Assembly: GCA_963754925.1 (NCBI GenBank)
Contig: CAVWHX010000007.1
Coordinates: 256,001-320,000 of the forward strand
DNA: 64,000 bases
Source: an uncultured delta proteobacterium
Lineage (GTDB): Bacteria; Myxococcota; B64-G9
Direction of reading: 5' to 3'
In this document: in pieces, positions 52,904 through 63,090 of the stretch
Layout: the number at the start of each line of letters is the position of its first letter
Position numbering within the stretch: the first letter of the stretch is position 1
Position numbers and translations under genes: made by a program
The notes under the pieces: generated by a model
The model's database searches: none
What the model saw: the letters and a program-made list of their open reading frames with translations, nothing else
Told to the model about the DNA's origin: nothing

Positions 52904-53015
52904 TGTCTGCCAAATCTCGTTCTTATTGAAAACATAACATTTATCATGTCGTCTGCACTTCCCTACCCCACATTGAAACTTGCCGGATAGTTCGCTCGCA
53001 TGACTGTGTCGCCAT
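52904..53015 (+). repeat. ~240-bp repeat family, left-half copy
   Basis: TGTCTGCCAAATCTCGTTCTTATTGAAAAC...CTGCACTTCCCTACCCCACATTGAAA..GTCGCCAT. Confidence 0.85.
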
Positions 53016-53129
53016 TGCTCACTAATTATTAAAATCATTGAAAAATCGCCTTTGTGCGATATTTCTTTTATGCTACATTGGTTGCATCAGATCGTCCGAC
53101 CATCAGCCGGATAATGCTGGGGTTTATCT

Positions 53130-55046
53130 ATGGCAAAAGAAAATCCTGCATCAGTAAAGAAACAAGATGTCGAAAATTTTAAACCAGAGAGTAAAAAAGA
53201 AGCAAAAGGCACTCCTTCTTACTTAATAAAATTCATCATGCCTCATATTCTGATCGTCTTGGCGGCATTGGTTGTTTACGCGGGAACTTTGAACTATGGC
53301 TATATCAAGTTCGATGATGATCTACTGGTCCAACACAATGCCTCGGTTCTCAAAAACATGACTATGAAAAATATCCAAAGTATATTCTCGACCGACGCCT
53401 TCCTCAATCCCGTCGGAAAAGAGTTCTACCGTCCCCTGCAGACCTTGAGTTATATGGTCGATATGCAGATAAATGCTAATAATCCAGCGATATTCCATAG
53501 TTCGAACTTTATTTATCACTGTCTCGCGTGTATAGCGCTATTCCATTTGCTCATTCTGCTGAAGTTCGATCGGCGGCTCTCTCTCGCGGGTGTAGTGCTT
53601 TATGCGGTGCATCCTTTGTTTTGCATGGCGGTGACGTGGATGCCCGGGCGTGGTGATTTGCTGTTAGGCTTATTTGTGCCAACCAGTTTTATCTGCTTCA
53701 TAAAATCTATTAGGTCAACAACACAAAAAAAATCTAAGCTCTATTTGGCAGGTACTTTATTCCTCTATCTATTGGCAATTTTTAGCAAGGAAACCGCTAT
53801 TGTTCTTCCTGTTATCTTAGCGCTTTATTATGTTCTTGAAAAACAGAAAAAATTTAATGGCATTTTTATTAAAGATAATGTATTGTTGCTTTATCTGGTT
53901 TTGGGATGTTTAATTATAACGACACTATGGTATATTACGCGCAGTATTGCTATTCCTCTGCCAATCGCCGCGTCACAATTCGGAATTGAGCCGTTTTTTA
54001 AGAGTTTTGCGGTTATTCCCGAATTCATAGCCAAGTTCATTATACCAATAAACGTAGCTTCTATTCCAAGTTTTTCATTCACGATAACTGCGTTGGGCTT
54101 GGTATTATTTGTAGTTCTAATGGTATTGACTACTATTAAAAAAGATAAGGATTATACAAAAATACTATTGGGAATAGCGTGGTTTTTAATGTTTTTATTC
54201 CCCACTATGACCTACCGGCATCAACTCGGCGATACGGCTTATTCGTATTTAAATCACCGCGCCTACCTGCCTATGATGGGCATGTTAATGTTTTTGTTTT
54301 CAATTATACCAAGTCAGGTTCAACAGAAAAATATTAATATGATAATTATTCCGGTTGCAGTTATTTCGGTTATTTTTGGCATAATGTCTAAAGTTCAGAC
54401 AACGATATATTACGATTCAGTAGGTTTTTATACCAGCGCAATCGAGGAGAACCCTCAATCTGCATTTTGCTATAATAACAGAGGTAAAATCTTTGCTGAC
54501 AACGGAGAGTTAGATAAAAGTATGGCGGACTTCAACAAGGCACTGGAGCCCAATCCCGAAGATGACTACGCTCTATCCAATCGTGGCTATATAAAGATTA
54601 ATCAGAAAGATTATCGAGGCGCTATTGCAGATTTACGAGAAGCAATCCGTCTGAAACCCGATCTTGCGGCCGCATACAATAATATGGGCGTTTCATTTTT
54701 TAACCTTAATCAAATGACCGAATCGCTTGAGGCTTATAACAAAGCAATAGAGCTTAATTCCAATTATGTCGACGCCTACTCGAACAGAGCCCTGCATAAG
54801 TTTACCAATCATGACAATATTGGCGCCATTGAGGATTATTCGAGAGCAATTATGCTCAGCCCGAGAAAGTATGTATATTATGCTGACAGGGCTGCGGCGT
54901 ATTTCAGAGTTCAAGAGTTCGATAAGGCTTGCGGCGACTGGAAACGCGCCGCGGAACTCGGCGATCAGAATTCGGCGCAGAATATTAAAAATGCTTGCCA
55001 AGGCGGCGCAAAAAGAATTTTTTGTCAAGGGTCGGCCTGTCCCTAA
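53130..55046 (+). CDS. TMTC-like membrane glycosyltransferase (GT-C) with TPR repeats
   Basis: FDD, FYRPLQTLSY, AVHPL, GRGDLL, SKETA, RAYLP, followed by multiple TPRs. Confidence 0.85.
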   Translation: MAKENPASVKKQDVENFKPESKKEAKGTPSYLIKFIMPHILIVLAALVVYAGTLNYGYIKFDDDLLVQHNASVLKNMTMKNIQSIFSTDAFLNPVGKEFYRPLQTLSYMVDMQINANNPAIFHSSNFIYHCLACIALFHLLILLKFDRRLSLAGVVLYAVHPLFCMAVTWMPGRGDLLLGLFVPTSFICFIKSIRSTTQKKSKLYLAGTLFLYLLAIFSKETAIVLPVILALYYVLEKQKKFNGIFIKDNVLLLYLVLGCLIITTLWYITRSIAIPLPIAASQFGIEPFFKSFAVIPEFIAKFIIPINVASIPSFSFTITALGLVLFVVLMVLTTIKKDKDYTKILLGIAWFLMFLFPTMTYRHQLGDTAYSYLNHRAYLPMMGMLMFLFSIIPSQVQQKNINMIIIPVAVISVIFGIMSKVQTTIYYDSVGFYTSAIEENPQSAFCYNNRGKIFADNGELDKSMADFNKALEPNPEDDYALSNRGYIKINQKDYRGAIADLREAIRLKPDLAAAYNNMGVSFFNLNQMTESLEAYNKAIELNSNYVDAYSNRALHKFTNHDNIGAIEDYSRAIMLSPRKYVYYADRAAAYFRVQEFDKACGDWKRAAELGDQNSAQNIKNACQGGAKRIFCQGSACP

Positions 55047-55171
55047 TTCTCCGCTGAACTCTAATTTTTATACCCTCCAGATTGGAGCAGCTTGGGGGAA
55101 GCCAAACTTTAACTTGCCATAAACGTTGCCGCAATAATAATATCGATATAGCAGTCCAACCGAGGTGGACC

Positions 55172-55838
55172 ATGAAGGTTATCGCTCAACGGAATATCAT
55201 ACGAAGACATCTTCAATCGTCGGTGAAATGCGCATTAGTTGTGTCGTTGATGATTTTTTTTACTCAAGGCTGCTCAAGTCAGGCACCAGAATTTAAGCCT
55301 GATCCCGGCATTGAAGTAGGTCACTCGAGCAAGACTGCTGCATTTTATTCGTTAGAAACTGATAATCAGTCCATCGGTGACGCCACGATATTTTTTGAGG
55401 GTATATTCCCGATAAATGGAAATAAGGAACAGAGGCTACAGATTGGACTTCGAATTCATAACGGCCGGGCTACCCCTGTCGAGGTTGATGTTGGCGATAC
55501 AGAAATAAAGATCCACACCGTGGATGGCAATTTATTGTATGAAAAGGCGAAGAGTTTTAGCGGCTCTACCACTATCTCGCAACATGAAACCAAGCAAAGT
55601 GGATTTTAACTTTCCGATCCCGACCGGTGTAGGGAAGGAGGAAATCGTAGCATTTGACTTCAACTGGACCGTTGCCTATGGAAGTTTCAGAATCAATAAA
55701 ACAACATCGTTTTCCCGCAATAACGACCTAGATAATTCTAGTTTCAGACGATTTTTAATCCATTCGGGGCTTCTCAATACGGCTCGGATTGTCCGAGCAA
55801 CAAAGATCCCGACGGATACTGTCAATAGTTGTGTCTGA
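55172..55838 (+). pseudogene. Hypothetical lipoprotein, frameshifted at ~55597
   Basis: Lipobox TQGC; the reading continues VDFNFPIP..FDFNWTV in another frame. Confidence 0.6.
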
Positions 55839-55953
55839 AAGCATGAGCACATCCTCGTTCGCATTCCATCTTTAATTCTAAACGAACATACCTACAAGAG
55901 CACTGGGCATGCTGATGCGCCGCATCAGATAACACAGTTCATCATTATGGTGT

Positions 55954-57744
55954 TCATTGGCGAGAAATGTTTTCACGACCCGATCGTTTTGTCAGCATCT
56001 CTGGTTGATCCAATATCATAACGGGTTCATTTACAAACTCTCCGGAAAATTCTCTTGACCATCCAGTTCTCTTGTGCAATATGACTGGTTTGATATTTCC
56101 CACTCGCTGACCATGTGATTTGCATACATTCAAATAAGTACTAATTCCGTTTCCAGGCGCGATCAGAAAAATGGTAAATGAATGCAGCTGGTTTAAGTGT
56201 CTGCTGTATTTATAATGATAATTTTTCATTAAGTCTTCTTCGATCTCTTTCTTCAACCCAACGCACAGTTTTTTTGTATAGTATTGTTCTTCAATGTTCG
56301 GTTCAATATAGAGAACATAATAATATTCATCCTTCAGATTCTTTTCGGGGGCCATCATGTAAAATGAAGGATTAAGTTTGTATTTGACAAATATGCGAGT
56401 CAGAATCTCATGCACATGATTCTCGTTCAGTTTTTCTCCGAAATAGTCTGAAATATTGCCCTCTTTCCCGACAAAATCAACGATCGGGCACGAGTCGATA
56501 AAACCGGTTACCTGTATAAGATCATGCAACTGATATCTATAGAATCCGCCGCCTGTCGTGATAACAACCGAGTATGTTTTACCGATCTCCAATTCAGAAG
56601 CCAACTTTATTTTGATGTTATTATTATTCGACGTTTCTTCGTTTTTATACTCTATAAATTCATAGAAATGAGACTGAGCAGACAATACATATCCATTTTT
56701 GCCTACTAAGGGAAATGAAATAATGCCTTCCGTAGCAAGCAATCCTTTACCCTGGATGGCAACCCCCGGGAAATACTGCATGATATCGGATAGATATGTT
56801 TTTGCATATGCGGATGTCCAACAGCTAATAAGTGTCAAATTTGGCCATATGTTTTTAGTGATTAGATCATTAAGGATTTTATTTTCGTTCATAAGATCAG
56901 ATAGTTCTTTTGCTCGTTCTCTGTTTTTCCCCAGTTTTTTTTCAAGCAGGTGGCGAAGCCCGAGTTCCAATCCTCCTTCTGGAGGATTAATGGTGCCCTG
57001 TGACAAGTCGACAATCAGTTGGTCTTTCCAGTCATCAAGATGATTTAGAAGAAGCGTCAAAAACGTTGGGTTCCAGATCGATATCAAGACCAGGTGTTTT
57101 TCTTTTTAATAAGAACAAAAGTGTTACATATCGGAAGGAATCGATATCATCAATTTTTTTTACATCGCTTGGCACGGCAAAAATTTGATTTAAAAGTATA
57201 TTCTCGATAACGCCGAAGTATTCACTATCTTCTTCAAATCCAATTGGTATTCCTCCTGATGTTCGTCTGAAAACTTGGGCAACGGGGGAAATAGAAAAAT
57301 AAATTTTACCCCCAAAAAGCCCTTTATAATGTTTAAACAAATCATGAATCCATACTTTAACGCCCCTTTGAAATTCTTCTTTCAGACTTTTTGTGTACGG
57401 GATTAGCTTGGATGCGGCCGTCGAACCGCTGGAAAGCTCAAACATCGACAATGGCTCAGTGGTTAATACCTTCGACTCTCCTGCCGCAATTTTTTTAATA
57501 TACACATCAAAGTCTTCATAGTTTGATAGAGGAACATTATCCTGAAAGTCTTGTATGTTTTTGATCTTATCGAAATTATGTTTCTTTCCATACTGTGTAT
57601 TTGAATTTTTTGTTACTATAGATAATAAAAGTTTTTCCTGAGTCTTGTGCAAATTTTTAAGGCTTTAAAAAATCGTTTGCTTTCAGGTATACACAAAAGT
57701 ACCCATAGGCTCATGACCAATTTACTTATAAATTGTTTTAACAT
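55954..57744 (-). pseudogene. GH3-family (acyl-adenylate/amide ligase) protein, two frameshifts (~57085, ~57660)
   Basis: TQYGK.H.F..I....FQ..VP, SSGSTAASKLIPYT, LLATEG, YSVVITT.GGFYRY.L.D, FGEKLNE. Confidence 0.85.
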
Positions 57745-58003
57745 ACCGCTTCACCTAATTACATACGATTGAGCACTTTTATGAAGCGTTCTCCCTAATT
57801 ATTTTCAATGAGACTGACCGGCCCTGCCAACCACCACCGTGATTTCTTCTTTACTGCATTCCTCTTTCCGACAGGAGTTGACTACGTTGCTGACTGTTGC
57901 TAGAGGCTCAAGCGATCGAAGACACTCCGGGCCAGGGATTCCGCACCTTTTATGAGTCCACGAGCGAACTCACCGTTACATAATTGTATACTCCATATAA
58001 ATA

Positions 58004-58042
58004 ATTGAACATAGTGTCAAGACAATATTGAACATGGTGTCA
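58004..58042. promoter_or_regulatory. Tandem operator-like sites ATTGAACAT(A/G)GTGTCA x2
   Basis: 16-bp direct repeat, each unit quasi-palindromic (TTGA..TCAA), in the divergent intergenic region. Confidence 0.55.
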
Positions 58043-58183
58043 GTGGTGTATGTGGCCTACCTGGCAATGATTCCCGCCATGCCCTGGCGGCGTTCGGTTG
58101 TCTGATTAAGAATGGCCACAGACTCTTGTCAATTCACGTATCGGTCCTTATTCTATTATCGATATCGTTGAGGAGAAATAGAA

Positions 58184-59266
58184 ATGGATTCTAGGATCGA
58201 AGCGGTACCCAAACCGATACTCATTGAGCGAACAGAGGCCGCACTGCACCTTATCCTCAATCGACCTGAGGCGATAAACAGCCTTAACCTTGAAATGGTA
58301 CGCACTATCACCGCCGAAATCGAAAAGGTAAAAGAGGACCCTGCCGTGAAACTAATTGTTTTAAGCGGGATCGGCCCACGGGGTTTTTGTGCCGGCGGAG
58401 ACGTCAAGATCCTGGCAAAAGCCTTTCAAGAACAGAATATTGAACCTGCTCTGCAATTTTTGAGGGAGGAATACAACCTCGACTACGCTATCTACCGTTA
58501 TCCCAAGCCAGTAGTGATCTTTGCCCACGGCATCACCATGGGCGGCGGCCTCGGGCTTTCGGCCGGAGCGGATGTGATTGTAGCCGATGAAACCACCCGT
58601 ATGGCGATGCCCGAAACCCGCATCGGACTCTTTCCCGATGTCGGAGCTACCGGGTGGCTGTTCCAGAAGTGTGGCAAGAGAGGTTACCCCGAATTTCTGG
58701 GGGTCACCGGGTACGAACTGATAGGCACCGAATGCGTGCGTATCGGCCTGGCAACCCACGTTATACCTTCGGTAAGGTTTGAAGAAGCTATTAACACTTC
58801 CATCCGGCACTCACCGCTGCTGCCTCTTGAACGAACGGCCGCTTCAGCCAGGCTCGAACAAATTTTCCGCCCCTTTACGATCAAGGATATGCCGGAGAAG
58901 CTAGAAATGGACGCTTGGGTAGAGGAATACTTCGCGGACAAGACCTCAGTGGTCGACCTCCTCGAGAACTTGAGAGCCTGCAGCTCCCAAAGTACCCTTT
59001 GCGAAGGTGTTTTCAGCAGGCTTTCGGAACGTTCTCCGAGCGCGGTGGTGGCAACGCTCAAATGCTTGCGTCACGACAAGGGCGCGAATCTCAAGGATGT
59101 TTTTGAATCGAACTTGAAGGTCGTACGGTACCTTATGGCTCAGCATGATTTCAAAGAGGGTGTGCGGGCTCGGCTTATCGATAAGGATGACCGGCCTCGC
59201 TGGGATCCGGCCGACTTCAAGAAAGCGGCGAAGTTAGAGCACCTGGTGCCGCTCGATCGCACCTAG
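58184..59266 (+). CDS. Enoyl-CoA hydratase / 3-hydroxyisobutyryl-CoA hydrolase
   Basis: LNRPEAINSL, FCAGGDV, GITMGGGLG, AMPETRIGLFPDVG, DFKEGVRARLIDKD..P.W. Confidence 0.93.
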   Translation: MDSRIEAVPKPILIERTEAALHLILNRPEAINSLNLEMVRTITAEIEKVKEDPAVKLIVLSGIGPRGFCAGGDVKILAKAFQEQNIEPALQFLREEYNLDYAIYRYPKPVVIFAHGITMGGGLGLSAGADVIVADETTRMAMPETRIGLFPDVGATGWLFQKCGKRGYPEFLGVTGYELIGTECVRIGLATHVIPSVRFEEAINTSIRHSPLLPLERTAASARLEQIFRPFTIKDMPEKLEMDAWVEEYFADKTSVVDLLENLRACSSQSTLCEGVFSRLSERSPSAVVATLKCLRHDKGANLKDVFESNLKVVRYLMAQHDFKEGVRARLIDKDDRPRWDPADFKKAAKLEHLVPLDRT

Positions 59267-60717
59267 CGCCTACGGCGACCGCGCTCCCGTTCATGTCCAC
59301 GCTCGTGGTTGACCGACTTTTCGATCCGCTCCTTACGCTCGTGCTCGGCTTTTTGTAGATCCGTCATTTTCTCGATGCGGTGGTGCGTGAAGAAGTACTT
59401 GAGAGCGAAGGCCGTCAGGTGCTCACCGTCCGGATGCTCCTTGAGTTGCTGCGCCAGCGGAATGTAAGCCTCGAAGATCGAGGTGTTCATAGCTTCCTTG
59501 AGCTCGGCTATGTGTCGTTCGATCCAGCGGCTGGTGGCCTCGTCCGGCGTCGGCAGCTTTCGTTCCTCGAATACCACATTAAACCTCTTCTGTAAGGCCG
59601 ATACGGTCATGATCTCGGCACCGGAGACGAGCGAAAGGCTGGTCCCCTTCTTGCCGATGCGACCGGTGCGGCCGACCCGATGCATGAAGACCGATGGGTC
59701 CTCAGGCAACGAGTAGTTGACCACGTGCGACAGATCCGAGACGTCGATGCCGCGAGCGGCTATGTCGGTGGCCACCATGAAGCGGACCTCGCCGCGCTTG
59801 ACCTTGGCCATAACCCGCTCGCGCTCCTTCTGAGGTAGGTCGCCGTTGAGCAGCTCGGCGTCGTAGCCGTTTCGATTGAGCACGGCGTACACCAACGAGG
59901 TATCGTTGCGTGTATTGCAGAAGATGATAGCCGTCGCCGGCTCCTCCTGCTCGATCATATAGAGCAGGTTGCGCGGTTTCGGGTATTCATCGACCGTGTG
60001 ATAGAGCACGTTGTGGATGTTATCGACGCGGTACTCATCACCGGTGAGAAGGATAGTCTCCGGGTCGGTCAAGTAGGTGCGGATCAAACGCCCGATGTCG
60101 GCCGGGACGGTGGCCGAGAAGAGCAGCTGCTGGCAGTCCGTGGGCAAATGGTCGAGGATCCGGGTCACCTCCTCGAAGAATCCCCGGTTAAGCATCTCGT
60201 CGGCCTCATCGAGGCAGGAGACCATGCACGCGTCGAGCACCAACGCCTTGTTCCGAATATGGTCGTAGATCCGTCCTGGGGTGCCGACCACGATTTCGGC
60301 GCCGGCTTTCAGCTTTTCGAGCTGCTTGCCCATCGCGGCGCCGCCGTAGATGGTCACCACCGAGAGGTCGCGGTGCTTGGCCAGCGCCTCGAACTCCTGC
60401 GCCACCTGGATGGCCAGCTCACGGGTCGGGCACATCACCAGCGCTGAAGGCTTGCGTCGCCCGTCGGGGATCCGTTCGAGCATCGGGATGGCGAAGGCGG
60501 CCGTCTTACCGGTGCCGGTTTTCGACCGAACAATAACATCCTTACCATCCCGCACCGGGCGGAAGGTACGCGTTTGCACCGGGGTGGGTTTGGCATAGCC
60601 GTGCTCGGCGATTGCCCGGCGGAGGTCATCCGACAGTTTCATCTCGTCGAAGGAAGCCTCTGAAACGTAATCGGACTGTACCGGCGCTCCTGCCCCGGAG
60701 TGCTTTTTGTTTTCCAT
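59263..60717 (-). CDS. DEAD-box RNA helicase (DeaD/CshA-like)
   Basis: TGTGKT, PTRELA, GTPGR, DEAD, SAT, ARGID, HRVGRTGR. Confidence 0.96.
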   Translation of the reverse strand: MENKKHSGAGAPVQSDYVSEASFDEMKLSDDLRRAIAEHGYAKPTPVQTRTFRPVRDGKDVIVRSKTGTGKTAAFAIPMLERIPDGRRKPSALVMCPTRELAIQVAQEFEALAKHRDLSVVTIYGGAAMGKQLEKLKAGAEIVVGTPGRIYDHIRNKALVLDACMVSCLDEADEMLNRGFFEEVTRILDHLPTDCQQLLFSATVPADIGRLIRTYLTDPETILLTGDEYRVDNIHNVLYHTVDEYPKPRNLLYMIEQEEPATAIIFCNTRNDTSLVYAVLNRNGYDAELLNGDLPQKERERVMAKVKRGEVRFMVATDIAARGIDVSDLSHVVNYSLPEDPSVFMHRVGRTGRIGKKGTSLSLVSGAEIMTVSALQKRFNVVFEERKLPTPDEATSRWIERHIAELKEAMNTSIFEAYIPLAQQLKEHPDGEHLTAFALKYFFTHHRIEKMTDLQKAEHERKERIEKSVNHERGHERERGRRRR

Positions 60718-60740
60718 ATCACCACGGCCAGCATAATTTG

Positions 60741-61007
60741 TTATTCGGTTCGCTTCAACGATACTCGGATTCTTCCCGGTACCGTCGCGCCTTTTCTTCC
60801 CTTTAATTTAATCTCCTCATTGAACATGGACAAGCTCAAAGGACACGGAAGCCTATTCTCACCCACGTACTGGCATTCGTCCTGATCGCACTTCACCACG
60901 AGGGTCGCCTTGCTATTAAACCCTGCCGTGCGTCGGTTATAAAGACAAATCCGAACCGTCTCATGGACAACCGTACATAAAAACTCTTTTGCATTTTTAG
61001 TGGCCAT
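60741..61007 (-). CDS. Small Cys-containing hypothetical protein
   Basis: AGGAG RBS; C..C...CQY..CP pattern. Confidence 0.6.
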   Translation of the reverse strand: MATKNAKEFLCTVVHETVRICLYNRRTAGFNSKATLVVKCDQDECQYVGENRLPCPLSLSMFNEEIKLKGRKGATVPGRIRVSLKRTE

Positions 61008-61078
61008 TTGTTCTCCTGTTGTTACTATAGCACGAGAAGGGCTCTTGTACCTTTTTAAATCGGAACAGGGGTATTGAA

Positions 61079-61738
61079 ATGTCCGTCAGACTATTCCAGG
61101 CCGTTTTATTCGATATGGACGGCACCCTGTTGGATACGCTTGAGGATATCGCCACGTCCATGAATACGGTGCTTGCGCGAAATGGATTCCCCACCCATCC
61201 GGTGGATCGATATCGGTGGTTTGTTGGCGGCGGTGTTGAAAGGCTTACGCGCGGAGTTCTTCCCGATGGTTTGAGCGATACCGACCGCATACGGAAGATT
61301 ACTGAACAGATGAAAGAGGAGTATTCTCAGCGATGGCATGACACCACCAGATTGTATCCAGGTGTGAAGCAGATGCTTGATGGTCTACACGAAGCCGGAA
61401 TTCGTCTTGGGATACTCTCAAACAAACCCGACAAATTTACAAAAATGATTTACGATTATTTCCTGGGCCCATGGAATTTCGAGCTGGTGCTGGGTGCATC
61501 GGCGGAGCTTCCGAAAAAGCCGGACCCGACCGCGGCGCTTGTCATCGCTAAAAAGATGGGGATTGAACCAAGACAATTTATTTACCTCGGCGATTCCGAT
61601 ACCGATATGAAAACCGCGCTAGCCGCGGATATGTATCCGGTTGGAGCTCTTTGGGGATTCCGGGACGCCAAAGAGCTTCAAGAAAGCGGCGCAAAAATGT
61701 TGTTACGCAAACCCCAAGACCTTTTGAACCTGGTTTAG
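61079..61738 (+). CDS. HAD-family hydrolase (phosphoglycolate phosphatase-like)
   Basis: FDMDGTLLD, SNK, KKPDP, GDSDTD, LWGFR. Confidence 0.93.
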   Translation: MSVRLFQAVLFDMDGTLLDTLEDIATSMNTVLARNGFPTHPVDRYRWFVGGGVERLTRGVLPDGLSDTDRIRKITEQMKEEYSQRWHDTTRLYPGVKQMLDGLHEAGIRLGILSNKPDKFTKMIYDYFLGPWNFELVLGASAELPKKPDPTAALVIAKKMGIEPRQFIYLGDSDTDMKTALAADMYPVGALWGFRDAKELQESGAKMLLRKPQDLLNLV

Positions 61739-61818
61739 GGAGTAGTGTTATCTTATATAGTAATAAATTGGTTTTGGTTTGAACCCTTCGTTCTATGATC
61801 CTAATCAAGGAGGTCAGC

Positions 61819-62374
61819 GTGGCACGGATACCTTATTTTTCCCCAGCAGCTGCAGATACGGAAAAGCTCACCTTACTCAACAGCGCACCACCATTGAATA
61901 TCTTTAAAATCAGCTGCGCATGCCGCCTACCCGATTGCTCGCAAATTCATCAGCTTTATTAAAGTGATCCTTGCTGATGGCAAACTCGATCCGATCCTGA
62001 GGGAGATGGCGATTGTCAGAACCGGTATAGTTTGCAGGTCGGCATACGAGGTCTACCAACACCGCAGGCTTTCACGAGGGTTAGGTATGTCGGAGGAAAA
62101 ACTCCAAGCTCTTTCAATTGGTTCGGAAGCGACCGTCTTTTCTGAGGTAGAACGCCTGATCCTGCGCTTCACCGAAGAATTAGTGTTGCAACGCAAGGCC
62201 AGCGATGCGACCTTTGCCGCGCTGAGCAAACATCTCTCGCGCGCAGAGATGGTCGAACTGACCATTGTTGTCGGGTGCTACATCATGATAAGCACCTTTC
62301 TCATCAATTTCGAGGTTGATATCGAGGACCAACAGTCAACGGAGCTTGCCAAGCCAGAGGACAGCTCCCCCTAA
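61819..62374 (+). CDS. Carboxymuconolactone decarboxylase-family protein, frameshifted at ~61912
   Basis: AAGGAGG RBS, GTG start, ARIPY..LNIFK; then LDPILREMAIVR..YEVYQH..VELTIVVG.Y. Confidence 0.8.
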
Positions 62375-62408
62375 ATCGCAAACCTGACTCGAAGCAACAA
62401 AACCCTTT

Positions 62409-62512
62409 CCTCTCCCAATTTTGAGGGTGTGGCAAAAGTCGAAGAACCTGTCACCCCCGCGAAAGCGGGAATGACCCCCATGGACTTTCGCAACACCCAC
62501 ATTTGGGAGAGG
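62409..62512. repeat. Nested palindromic element (REP/MITE-like)
   Basis: Outer arms CCTCTCCCAA..GGGTGTGGCAAAAGTC and GACTTTCGCAACACCC..TTGGGAGAGG; inner hairpin GTCACCCCCGCGAAAGCGGGAATGAC. Confidence 0.75.
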
Positions 62513-62568
62513 CCGATGCATCGTCAGTAGGAGCTATAACAGGGTAAAAGTAAACGAAGAATCGGTCG

Positions 62569-62961
62569 TTATACGTTCAAGAGTATGCGATCGCCGGCGA
62601 TTGAAGCCTCATACGTTTTCAACGGTTTTGCGGCTGGACCGTGAATTACATTCCCATCGAGATCGTATTTTGAACCGTGGCACGGACAATCGATTCTCTT
62701 TGCCTGATTATTGTAGGCTACGATGCAGTGTAGATGGGTACACACGGGATCGAGCGCTCGAATGGTCGTTTCTGAATCGCGAATGAAGAGAATGTTCAAG
62801 TCTTTTACCTTGAGCACCATAGAACCGCCCACTGTTTTGAGCTTCTCGACTTTCTCAAGCGGTACTGCAAATTTTTTGGCAAAAACGTTAGACGATTTCA
62901 ACAGTACCAGCCCACCGGTAGCCACAACCAAACCTTTTAGAAATTCGCGACGATTTGCCAT
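62569..62961 (-). CDS. Rieske [2Fe-2S] protein with Tat signal
   Basis: NRREFLK, CTHLHC, CPCHGSKY, GPA. Confidence 0.95.
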   Translation of the reverse strand: MANRREFLKGLVVATGGLVLLKSSNVFAKKFAVPLEKVEKLKTVGGSMVLKVKDLNILFIRDSETTIRALDPVCTHLHCIVAYNNQAKRIDCPCHGSKYDLDGNVIHGPAAKPLKTYEASIAGDRILLNV

Positions 62962-63090
62962 AGTGTTTCACTTTTCCTCAAGCGGCAGGTTAAGGTTCAC
63001 CCGCCTAATTTGAACCATCTATTTAAGATGTCAGCTAATTTTGCTGCCTATAGTTGAACCAAAAATCCATTAAACAACAAGGAAATTATA

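Noticed and set aside
8926..53015. Repeat family as a CRISPR array or classical integron attC array
   Set aside because: The units are ~240 bp, degenerate and separated by kilobases. There are no cas or intI genes and no GTTRRRY/RYYYAAC ends, and the cargo lies in both orientations with long intergenic leaders.
57800..57960. IscB omegaRNA/HEARO-like sequence (GTTGACTACGTT..GACAC)
   Set aside because: The match is too short and there is no iscB/tnpB ORF nearby.
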